NCBI GenBank assembly: GCA_044224875.1
Contig: JBGAJQ010000093.1
Location: forward strand, 1-16,959
Reading direction: 5' to 3'
DNA length: 16,959 nucleotides
Origin: Gemmatimonadaceae bacterium
GTDB lineage: Bacteria > Gemmatimonadota > Gemmatimonadetes > Gemmatimonadales > Gemmatimonadaceae
How positions within the stretch are numbered: the first letter of the stretch is position 1; each line of letters starts with the position of its first letter. Shown here in pieces: positions 1-7,725 of this stretch. The notes beneath the pieces are model-generated. The model saw only the letters and a program-made list of their open reading frames with translations, was not told the origin of the DNA and searched no databases. A program made the position numbers and the translations under genes.

Positions 1-867
1 CGTCACGATCACATACATCATGGCCAGAACTTGGCCGATTCCCGTACCACAGTCAGCAAGCGAGACCGCTAGGTCGTCGCGCTCTAGCTTGGGTTCTGTA
101 TCCCATACCTTGATGCTTAGCCACGTTGAGTCGACGGGCGGAGTTGTAATGTCCCGGATATGAGGGAAGATGACCGCAATGTGCGAGAGCAGCCGATCGT
201 ACCGCGCGCGATTGCTTGAATTGAGGGAATTCAGAGCCTCGGGCAGATTTGATGCGTCCGGCGCCAGCTGCGCGTTCGATCCGAACGATGAGCGTGAAAT
301 GTTCAGGCGCTCAGCCCGGAATGCGTAGAGCCGCGACATGAACTCGTTTAGCAGGATCAAGTCGTAAGGGGGGTTCGCACGTGAGCTTGTACCCCTTTCC
401 TCTAAGTTGAGTCCAGCCGGACGAGCAGCATTCTGAACTGCCACATATTGGGCTCCTCCTTCCGAGTCGTCCACAAGGCCGTTTAGATGACCAATCCCCT
501 TCGAGCGGTGAAACGTGAAATCGCCCCCGCAGCGAAGAGCTGCAGCAAAGCGATCAACGTGCGTCTTTGTCTGGCCCTCGTACGGGATATAGAAGACGTC
601 TTGCAACGCGAACAAGGCCTGGAGCTCACCCGGCTCGTACGAAATCGTGAGCGACACCTCGGTGGCTGGGGGTACATCCCCGCGCGCAGGAACAGTAAGT
701 ATGCTTCGATGAGGCGATACGCCGGCTCGACCACTAATCGCATCCACGAGAGCTGTCTTGCCCACGTTGTTGGCACCAACAACAACATTCACACCCGGCG
801 CAAATCGGATCTCTCCCGAATCCAAGAAGCGCCGAAAGCTTCGAACGTGCAGCTTCTTCAGGTACAT
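1..867 (-). CDS. ABC-type/AAA_15-AAA_21 family ATPase (OLD/AbiEii-like), N-terminal part; runs off the left edge of the window
   Basis: Not in the ORF track; translated by hand. ATG at 867, open for 289 codons to position 1: MYLKKLHVRSFRRFLDSGEIRFAPGVNVVVGANNVGKTALVDAI (typical N-terminus plus Walker A GANNVGKT) ... YAFRAERLN ... LAPDASNLPEAL ... VSLADCGTGIGQVLAMMYVIVT (ABC-signature-like). Walker B and the C-terminus lie outside the window. Confidence 0.9.
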   Translation of the reverse strand, partial: MYLKKLHVRSFRRFLDSGEIRFAPGVNVVVGANNVGKTALVDAISGRAGVSPHRSILTVPARGDVPPATEVSLTISYEPGELQALFALQDVFYIPYEGQTKTHVDRFAAALRCGGDFTFHRSKGIGHLNGLVDDSEGGAQYVAVQNAARPAGLNLEERGTSSRANPPYDLILLNEFMSRLYAFRAERLNISRSSFGSNAQLAPDASNLPEALNSLNSSNRARYDRLLSHIAVIFPHIRDITTPPVDSTWLSIKVWDTEPKLERDDLAVSLADCGTGIGQVLAMMYVIVT

Positions 868-986
868 TCTTGGACGGCTCCCGTGCCATTGATGTCCAAC
901 TCCAATGCTAGGGTGAGTGGCTTTCGCGACATCTCAACCCCGGCACTCCCGAATGCGCAGTATCCCTTTGTAAGGGACCGCTGTCA

Positions 987-2006
987 ATGAGCCAACGCGT
1001 TGTGCGTCGCCTCGAGCAGCTCCAATTGAGCGTCGCGGAGCACATGGAGGTCGCAGCGACCTTCCGCGAGTCTACGCCAGTTCATCGCTTCTCACAGGGC
1101 GATCTCGCGTTGAGCTGTCCCGCGTGCAGCTCCAACCTGATTCAAGGCCTCAGCCACCAGCCCAATCGATTGTTCGGAGGTATCGCGCTGCGCTGTTCGT
1201 GCGGCGCCTGGTCGTGCATTCCGAGCGGGACGCCGTGGTCCGTAACGCCTGAGATGCCAGAAGCAAAATCGATTCATCACCTATATCGCTATTTTGAAAG
1301 TCCAGCTTATCGGGACGAGTTTCTGCAAGGCGCTGTGTGGACGACCACCCTCCTTGCCTGCAAAGACCATCCTGATGACGTCCGGGCTGATTCAGGAGAG
1401 GGGACACTGTCTTATTCGCACGACCCGATCCGGGGAAGAGCGAGTGATCCACGCGTGCGTGCGGTCGCACGTAGGCTAGGCCTTGAAATCGGTTCTGGCG
1501 ATGGTCTAGTCGAGTTAAGGGGAAACAGTGCATCGCGGACGTCGGCCGACGCGTGGATGCTTTGTGTGTCCCTTGTGTACTCACCTCGCCTCCTCCAGAA
1601 GTTTGGGCGCTACTGTGTCCGAATCGAGCGTCCCGCGACCCTCTTCTTGGCCATGACCGAAGCGATTCAGAGGGAAGTGTCAGTCTCGCGAGGCGGCTAC
1701 CGGAGAGTCTACTATCGGACTCGTAGCGTCAGGAACCTGGACGACGAGCCAGCTTCCACTACCTTCGTGAAACCTGAGAGCTACGCGGACGAGAGCGAGA
1801 CGCGGTTCGTCTGGTTCGTAGATCATCGCGAGATCGGTCCGCGTACTTTCAAGACAAAACTGCCCGATGGAGTACTGACACCGGTCCCAGACTTCCATGC
1901 CGATGGATGGCCCGGTGGGAAGGCGAGTGTCGGCTCATCGTTTCGCGACGAACATCGAATCTGGCGTGCAGCGCAGAAGCGCAGCCGGAAAGCACGGGGC
2001 CGCTAG
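987..2006 (+). CDS. Hypothetical protein: N-terminal Zn-ribbon-like motif plus C-terminal DUF2971-like, putative ADP-ribosyltransferase-fold domain
   Basis: 339-aa ORF with AAGGGA shortly upstream of the ATG. CPAC...CSCG Cys pairs, then HLYRYF, DSGEG, WMLCVS, FGRYCVRIERP, VYY and FVKPESYADESETRFVW, in the order of the R / S / ExE ART-fold strands. Family call is from motif recognition only. Confidence 0.6.
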   Translation: MSQRVVRRLEQLQLSVAEHMEVAATFRESTPVHRFSQGDLALSCPACSSNLIQGLSHQPNRLFGGIALRCSCGAWSCIPSGTPWSVTPEMPEAKSIHHLYRYFESPAYRDEFLQGAVWTTTLLACKDHPDDVRADSGEGTLSYSHDPIRGRASDPRVRAVARRLGLEIGSGDGLVELRGNSASRTSADAWMLCVSLVYSPRLLQKFGRYCVRIERPATLFLAMTEAIQREVSVSRGGYRRVYYRTRSVRNLDDEPASTTFVKPESYADESETRFVWFVDHREIGPRTFKTKLPDGVLTPVPDFHADGWPGGKASVGSSFRDEHRIWRAAQKRSRKARGR

Positions 2007-2084
2007 CGCTACCATCGGCTGACGGATACGACAGGCAAGGGTGACCCGCGAAGTCCGAGTGCGCCGATCCACGGAGGCGTCCAC

Positions 2085-2147
2085 TTGCACCCCCGCCGGC
2101 GCATCGTGAAATGCACGCTTGTAATTCACGATACGGCGTGATATGCA
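2085..2147 (+). promoter_or_regulatory. Putative promoter/operator of the AAA_14-DUF4143 gene: inverted repeat plus third half-site
   Basis: TTGCAC (-35-like) at 2085-2090. ATCGTGAA (2103-2110) and TTCACGAT (2125-2132) form a perfect 8-bp inverted repeat, extendable to 11/13. CGTGATATGCA (2137-2147) repeats CGTGAAATGCA (2105-2115). Confidence 0.5.
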
Positions 2148-2153
2148 TGGGAC

Positions 2154-3263
2154 ATGCGACGGTACCTTCAGGAGCGCGTCGAGGCCGACCTGGAAGAGAA
2201 GATGGTCTTCCTCGGCGGGCCGAGACAGGTCGGAAAGACAACGTTGGCCCGCGAGCTGTTGCGCGATGACGCGGGATACCTGAGCTGGGACATCCCAGCG
2301 CACCGCGAGCGCATTCTGCGTCGCGAGCTGCCCGACTCCCCAATCTGGGTCTTCGACGAGCTGCACAAGTACAGACGGTGGAGAAACTTCCTCAAGGGAC
2401 TCTTCGACGAGTTTCGACACGAGCGACAAATCCTCGTGACCGGCAGCGCGCGACTCGACCTCTATCGCTTCGGTGGAGATTCGTTGCAGGGCCGGTACCA
2501 CTTCCTCCGGTTGCATCCCTTGAGCGTCGCGGAGCTTGGCATTTCGTCCACTGACGGACTTGAGTCACTCCTTTCGTTGAGCGGATTTCCGGAGCCGTTT
2601 CTGCGTGGATCTCAGGCTCGAGCGCGCCGCTGGTCGGTGGAGTATCGCAACCGGCTGATTCGAGAGGAAGTCACCTCCCTCGAATCCGTGCGCGATCTTG
2701 GCGCGCTGGAACAGCTGATGCTGGCGCTTCCCGAGCGCGTGGGAAGCCCCCTGTCTCGCAACGCGCTCCGCGAAGATTTGCAGCTTAACCACCAGACGGT
2801 CACACGTTGGCTCGACATCTTTGAGAGGCTCTACGCGATCTTTCGCCTTCCACCATTCGGGGCTCCTCGGCTGCGAGCCGTGAAGCAGGAGCAGAAGCAC
2901 TACCACTACGACTGGAGCCTGGTGCCAGACGAGGGCGCGCGCTTCGAGAACCTCGTGGCCTCGCACCTTCTCAAGTGGGTGCACTATCAGTTCGACACCG
3001 AGGGACGCGATCTCGAGCTGAGGTACTTCCGTGACGTTGACGGACGAGAAGTCGATTTCGTAGTTGTGGAGCGCCGACAGCCGGTTCTGATCGTGGAAGC
3101 GAAACTTTCGGCCTCCAGTGCGACCCAGTCGCTTCGGTACCTGAAGGCTCGATTCCCCAAGTGTGACGCGTACCAGGTTCATCTGCGCGGCGAGGACGCG
3201 CGGGTTACGGACGACGGAATCCGGCTCTGGCCCGCGACGAGATTCCTCTCGACACTTGCATAG
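2154..3263 (+). CDS. AAA_14 + DUF4143 ATP-binding protein with C-terminal PD-(D/E)xK-like motif
   Basis: Walker A GPRQVGKT, Walker B WVFDELHK, LVTGSA, ESL-type SLQGRY, SGFPEP, ARFENLVASHL, and C-terminal YFRDVDGREVDFVV...IVEAK. All characteristic of this family. Confidence 0.93.
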   Translation: MRRYLQERVEADLEEKMVFLGGPRQVGKTTLARELLRDDAGYLSWDIPAHRERILRRELPDSPIWVFDELHKYRRWRNFLKGLFDEFRHERQILVTGSARLDLYRFGGDSLQGRYHFLRLHPLSVAELGISSTDGLESLLSLSGFPEPFLRGSQARARRWSVEYRNRLIREEVTSLESVRDLGALEQLMLALPERVGSPLSRNALREDLQLNHQTVTRWLDIFERLYAIFRLPPFGAPRLRAVKQEQKHYHYDWSLVPDEGARFENLVASHLLKWVHYQFDTEGRDLELRYFRDVDGREVDFVVVERRQPVLIVEAKLSASSATQSLRYLKARFPKCDAYQVHLRGEDARVTDDGIRLWPATRFLSTLA

Positions 3264-3306
3264 CCGCGCAACCGACGCTTCTCCACCGCCACGCCACTCG
3301 GCACTT

Positions 3307-4926
3307 ATGTCCTTTCACACGCCACGACGCTCGTACCTGCTCGCGTTCCTGCTTCCTGTAGCCGTCCCTGCTCAGGCTCCCACGCCGGCGCAGATCCGCA
3401 CGATCGACTCCGTGTTCGCTGCCTATGCCAAGCCAAACACGCCGGGTTGCGCGTTGGCGGTGACGCGCCAGGGACGCATCATCTATGAACACGGCTACGG
3501 CCTTGCGTCGATCGAGCAGCAGGTGCCCATCACGCCGGCGACGGTGTTCGACCTGGGATCCGTGTCAAAGCAGTTCACCGCCACCAGCATCCTGATGTTG
3601 CAACTGGACGGCAAGTTGTCGCTGGACGACGACGTTCGCCGGTACCTGCCCGAGTTGCCGGACCTTGGCGCGACGGTAACCCTCCGCCACCTGATCACCC
3701 ACACCAGCGGGTGGCGCGACTACAACGACCTGCTGATCCTGGACGGGTACGACGAGCGCGACCACACCACGGACCGGGATGCCTGGACCTCACTGCAGCG
3801 GCAACGCGCCCTGAACTTCCCGCCAGGGTCAACGTACCGGTACAGCAACACCGGTTTCTTCCTACTCGGCGAGGTCGTGCGGCGGGTGTCCGGCAAGACG
3901 CTGGCGCAGTTCGCCCAGGAACGCATCTTCGTGCCTCTCGGCATGACATCCACCCGCTACCTGGACGACACCAGACAGATCGTGCCGCACCGCGCCACTG
4001 CCTACGCGCCAGAGGGAAACGGCTATGTGGTCGAGATGTCCGATTGGGACCAGGTGGGGGACGGTGCGGTGCAGTCGAACGTGCGCGACCTCGCTCGCTG
4101 GGAGGCGAACCTAACGACCGGCACGGTCGGCGGCGCGCGGCTGCTGGCCTTGCTCATGACCAATGGCCGGCTCAATGACGGCCGAGAGATCGCCTACACG
4201 GCCGGCCTGAACCGGATGCGTGTGCGCGGTGTTGAGCGGGTGAGCCACAGCGGCGCCTGGGCGGGATACCGCGCGGCGATCACGCACTACCCGCAGGAGC
4301 AGGTGGGGGTTCTCGTCACCTGCAACCGGGCGGATGCCGCCACCACGACGTTAAGCGCGGGAGTCGCGGCGACGTTCGTCAAGTTCACACCCCCCGCACC
4401 CATCCGCGTCATGCCGGGTCCAAAACCGCAGGGGCTCTACGTAAGCGAGGCGTCGGGCGGGAGACTCCGGTTGTCGGCGCACGGCGACACGCTCGTCCTG
4501 GGCGGCGGTGCAGGCGCCACACGGTTGTCCGAGGCAACCAGTGGTACGTGGGTGAACACCACCGGAACCTTCGAGCTGTCGGGGACCGGCGACCGCGTCA
4601 TCACGAACGTCGCCGGCGACGTGCCGGACACACTCGTGCGGGTTGAGACGACGCCGGCGCCGAGTGCGGGGGATCTGGCGCAGTACGTCGGCCGCTATGT
4701 GAGTCCAGAGATTGGTGTTCCGTACGAGTTCATGGTGCGAGGGGACACTTTGGTGCTACGGCTTCCGCGTGGCAATGACATGCCGTTGGAGTTCGCGTAC
4801 CGGGATGCGTTCGATACAAATGCGCTGCCTACGCTGCGTTTCGTTCGCGACGCGGGTGGCCGTGTGGTGGCCGTCAGCTTCACGGGTCGCGGCGTGCACG
4901 ACCTGCGGCTGGCGCGCCTCCCCTGA
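3307..4926 (+). CDS. Secreted serine hydrolase, beta-lactamase class C / CubicO peptidase family, with C-terminal beta-rich extension
   Basis: SxxK motif GSVSKQF, LRHLITHTSG, YxN motif YRYSNTG, HSGAWAGY. Start moved to ATG 3307 (MSFHTPRRSYLLAFLLPVAVPAQA, signal-peptide-like) because the track start at 3163 overlaps the upstream gene. Confidence 0.92.
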   Translation: MSFHTPRRSYLLAFLLPVAVPAQAPTPAQIRTIDSVFAAYAKPNTPGCALAVTRQGRIIYEHGYGLASIEQQVPITPATVFDLGSVSKQFTATSILMLQLDGKLSLDDDVRRYLPELPDLGATVTLRHLITHTSGWRDYNDLLILDGYDERDHTTDRDAWTSLQRQRALNFPPGSTYRYSNTGFFLLGEVVRRVSGKTLAQFAQERIFVPLGMTSTRYLDDTRQIVPHRATAYAPEGNGYVVEMSDWDQVGDGAVQSNVRDLARWEANLTTGTVGGARLLALLMTNGRLNDGREIAYTAGLNRMRVRGVERVSHSGAWAGYRAAITHYPQEQVGVLVTCNRADAATTTLSAGVAATFVKFTPPAPIRVMPGPKPQGLYVSEASGGRLRLSAHGDTLVLGGGAGATRLSEATSGTWVNTTGTFELSGTGDRVITNVAGDVPDTLVRVETTPAPSAGDLAQYVGRYVSPEIGVPYEFMVRGDTLVLRLPRGNDMPLEFAYRDAFDTNALPTLRFVRDAGGRVVAVSFTGRGVHDLRLARLP

Positions 4927-4948
4927 CCCGAGGACATTGCGCCCGGCC

Positions 4949-5509
4949 CTAGCTCCGGGCGTCACACACGGGAATCCCCGGTGTGCGCGACGCATAGCCC
5001 ACAATCCCCCGATCGCAGGTCATGAGCGACGCGCCAAGTATCTGGGCGTGAGCGAGGAGAATGCGATCGGCTGGGTCACCATGCGGATTGCCTGGTAGCC
5101 GTGTGCTGTAGATGAGGACATCGCGCGTCACGGGCACCGACGAGATGCCCGGCGCCTGCGCCGCACGATCCAGCCAGATGGCGACGTCTGATGCAAGCTG
5201 CAACCGACCCTTGCTCACGAGCATCGCCAGCTCCCAGTACGAGAAGTCGCTCACGAACAGACGTCGCGCCGCTGCGGCGTGCTGGATGAGGGTGCGTGCC
5301 TCATCGGCCATGGCTCCCGCGGTGCCATCGAGTGTCCACAGCCACACATGCGTATCGAGCAGGAGCGGAGTCTCGCGCGTGGGTGACGCTGCGGCGCGCC
5401 ACATGGCCGGAAGCCCCATGTACGCGGGCGTCGGTTCGCGCACCGTCCGCCTCGAAACCGACCGTTGCGTCGCTCCCGCCGGGCGGGACGCCGTTCGCTT
5501 CGAAGCCAC
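4949..5509 (-). CDS. vapC: VapC-family PIN-domain toxin (type II TA)
   Basis: LLLDTHVWLW, VSDFSYWELAMLVSKGRL, HGDPADRILLAHA, LMTCD: canonical PIN acidic residues. Start uncertain; an in-frame GTG at 5509 sits 1 nt after the antitoxin stop. Confidence 0.9.
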   Translation of the reverse strand: MASKRTASRPAGATQRSVSRRTVREPTPAYMGLPAMWRAAASPTRETPLLLDTHVWLWTLDGTAGAMADEARTLIQHAAAARRLFVSDFSYWELAMLVSKGRLQLASDVAIWLDRAAQAPGISSVPVTRDVLIYSTRLPGNPHGDPADRILLAHAQILGASLMTCDRGIVGYASRTPGIPVCDARS

Positions 5510-5510
5510 G

Positions 5511-5807
5511 TCAGCGCGGCCGACGCATCGCGAAGGGGTCACTGGCTGAGACAGCCCATTCGGCGTCGTCAGGCGCAACAATGTCACCGTGTCGCACGAC
5601 GCTCCCGGCAAGGAAGCCCCAGGGAGACTCGGGTTGCGAGTCCACCGCCGACACGCGAACGACCGGTCGCCCGTGCTTCGTCACGACAATTTCCGTCCCG
5701 GTCCGCGCGATATCGTCCATGAGTTCCAGGCAGGTGGCCTTGAACTCGCTCGCTGAGATCGCTGGTATTGAACTCCTACGCTCGTGCCGTGCTGATCGAG
5801 GCGACAT
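5511..5807 (-). CDS. Phd/YefM-family antitoxin
   Basis: ISASEFKATCLELMDDIARTGTEIVVTKHGRPVVRV is a classic Phd/YefM N-terminus, directly upstream of the PIN gene. ATG 5807 has GGGA ~6 nt upstream. The track start at 5831 lies inside the operator. Confidence 0.92.
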   Translation of the reverse strand: MSPRSARHERRSSIPAISASEFKATCLELMDDIARTGTEIVVTKHGRPVVRVSAVDSQPESPWGFLAGSVVRHGDIVAPDDAEWAVSASDPFAMRRPR

Positions 5808-5863
5808 GACCAGTCCCATCAAAGTGGTCATATTAATATGACCATGGGCGTTTCCATCTGCAA
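5806..5863 (-). promoter_or_regulatory. TA operon promoter with palindromic operator
   Basis: Perfect 20-bp palindrome TGGTCATATTAATATGACCA (5825-5844) plus a third ATGACCA half-site at 5806-5812. Minus-strand TTGCAG (5863-5858), 17-nt spacer, CATATT (5840-5835). Confidence 0.75.
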
Positions 5864-5893
5864 GGACCGCAAAGAACGGGCAGATTCGCGACG

Positions 5894-7624
5894 CTACCCG
5901 GGAGGTCGTACGTCGATCAGCCTCGCCTCAGCTAGAGGCACGATTTGGGCATCCAACTTCTCGATCAAGTCCTCAAGGCCTTCGTAGCGAATTGTCGGCG
6001 TCACCATGTTACGCAGGTCCTTCAAACTCTCGAAGGTGGCGAATTCCTTGCCGGTCCTCACGATGATCGGGACAATCGGCACAGTTCGGAACCGCGGGGC
6101 GATGGCTTCGAGTTCCTGAGGTATGCTTTTGGGCTCGCTCAGATCGGCGATGACGAAGCGCGAAAGTGCCGCGAAGCCGACGATGGACTCAACGAGAGTA
6201 CGTTGCTTTGGCTTCGAGAACACGAAGATTTGCGGTTCGTACTTGCCCTTGAATTTCTCGTTCTTCTGCAGGTGCGTCGCGATTGCCTCGAGCACCGCGC
6301 GCCGGCGGGGAGTGAAGCGTCCAAGGATGAGCACGCGGTGATCGGCTAGGTGAGACATGATCTCGCCGAAGTTGAGGCCATCCATCTCACGCGCCATAGC
6401 CAGCGAGCGTGCGATGTTCACGGCGTGAGCTCTACGTACGGTCAGCTGTTTTTGCTTGATCCCAGACGTGGCACGCCGTGGGAACAGTGCGGCAGCGGGA
6501 CACGCCATGTGAACCATGTAAAGACCCCAGTCAAACAGGTCGTGCTCCGCGCCCCACGCCATGACGTGCAGGCGCGCACGAGAGACCGCTTCATCCAGCG
6601 ACAACCCAACGGCAAGGGACTCGTAAAGCTTCGCGCAGAATTCGATGGTGCTGACTGAGGCGACGGCGCCATTTACGCCGATGACAACCGGCACTCCGGC
6701 GTTGAGCAGCGGCTTTACCGCGGCCTAGTACCCACCGTTGCAGGCACTCAGGACGGCGAGCCGAGTCCCCGAGGCACCGAGCATGGGGCCGAGTTCATCG
6801 AGGTAGATGACGTCGTCTTCGGTGATGCCCCGTCGGGTCGGCAGCTCCCGGAGAAGATAGGCACGTCCGTTCTTGTCGAAATCCGCGTGACCCGCGTAGT
6901 GGAAGATCGCCGCGTCTCTCATGGACGTCACGCTGAATCGCTTCTTGTCATGCGCTTCCGTGAAGTCCGGGCGTATGTACGCCTTCACGGGCGCCAGCGC
7001 CTCCACCAGCAGCTGGAATTCCGTGCCGACCTCCCACGTGTCCCATTTCCCGTCCCACAGCGTACCAACGAATGCCATCCGCGTTCTGCCAGTAATTTCT
7101 CCGAGTTCAACACTCGTGTCGGCGATCTGCCGCACGAGTGAGATAGATGGGTCCAGCAGCAAGAAGCTAGACAAAAGCCCTTCGCCAGTGGATTCGCTGT
7201 CGGGGCGCAGCGTGTATTCCCACGGCATGTCGAGCAGCGATGGGTCCATTGATAGCCGAATGCGAAGTCCAGAACGGCCCGCTACAGAGGCCAGGCTATT
7301 CGCGAACAGACGGAAGACCTCCGGCGGGAACAGGACGCGGGCGAGTCGCTCGCCGATCTCTGCTGCCCCCTCGCGGTTGAGCAGCATCATTCCCGTCTGG
7401 ATTTGACCATCACGCAACTCGCCGCGGAATCGCGCGTGCAAGGCAGCGCACTCCTTTTCCGAAAATAGAGCGGGGACTAGCGCATCGAGTCTGCCGGCCG
7501 GTGAGGCATCTACGCCTACTCCAACCCTGCGAGAATCCAACCGTCTGGCGACGATAACGAAGTCGCGATAGCTGGCCCGCGGGGCTTGTTCCGATTCCTG
7601 TGGCGAGCGTCCGCCCTTGCGCAT
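5894..7624 (-). pseudogene. CHAT (caspase-like protease) domain fused to a C-terminal TIR/NDT-like domain; single in-frame TAG at 6727-6725
   Basis: ATG 7624 with GAGG 6 nt upstream. LRIRLSMDPSLLDMPWEY, FHYAGHA (catalytic His), LAVLSACNGGY (catalytic Cys), TAG, then the same frame continues AAVKPLLNAGVPVVIG...FCAKLYESLAVGLSLDEAVSRAR...DWGLY (rest of the CHAT fold) and VLILGRF...FVIADLSEPKSIPQELEAI. Track ORFs 6725..7864 and 5894..6694 are one reading frame of 576 codons plus stop. Confidence 0.85.
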
Positions 7625-7725
7625 GGTGCACCTCGTCTCGTCTGACATGCGGTGGACCGCCGTGGGTCCGCAACGGACGGCGATCGAGCTCGCATGAGCC
7701 GTCGGTTCTGTCCATACTTGTACAT

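Noticed and set aside
963..977. Small inverted repeat TCCCTT-tgt-AAGGGA covering the RBS of ORF 987
   Set aside because: Only a 6-bp stem; it could sequester the RBS but is too short to distinguish from chance.
483..990. Track ORFs 487..990 (+) and 483..788 (-)
   Set aside because: Shadow frames over the real minus-strand ATPase (867 to 1), which carries clear Walker A and signature motifs.
3307..4926. True antibiotic-resistance beta-lactamase (ampC)
   Set aside because: SxxK and YxN motifs are shared by the broad esterase/peptidase family; the HSG motif and long C-terminal extension fit non-resistance serine hydrolases. No gene symbol assigned.
6725..6727. Genome-wide amber recoding (e.g. 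genetic code 15 or Pyl) as the explanation for the CHAT stop
   Set aside because: TAG terminates seven frames here at sensible ends (2006, 3263, 4949, 5894, 11445, 11548, 14284), and no Pyl machinery is visible in the window.
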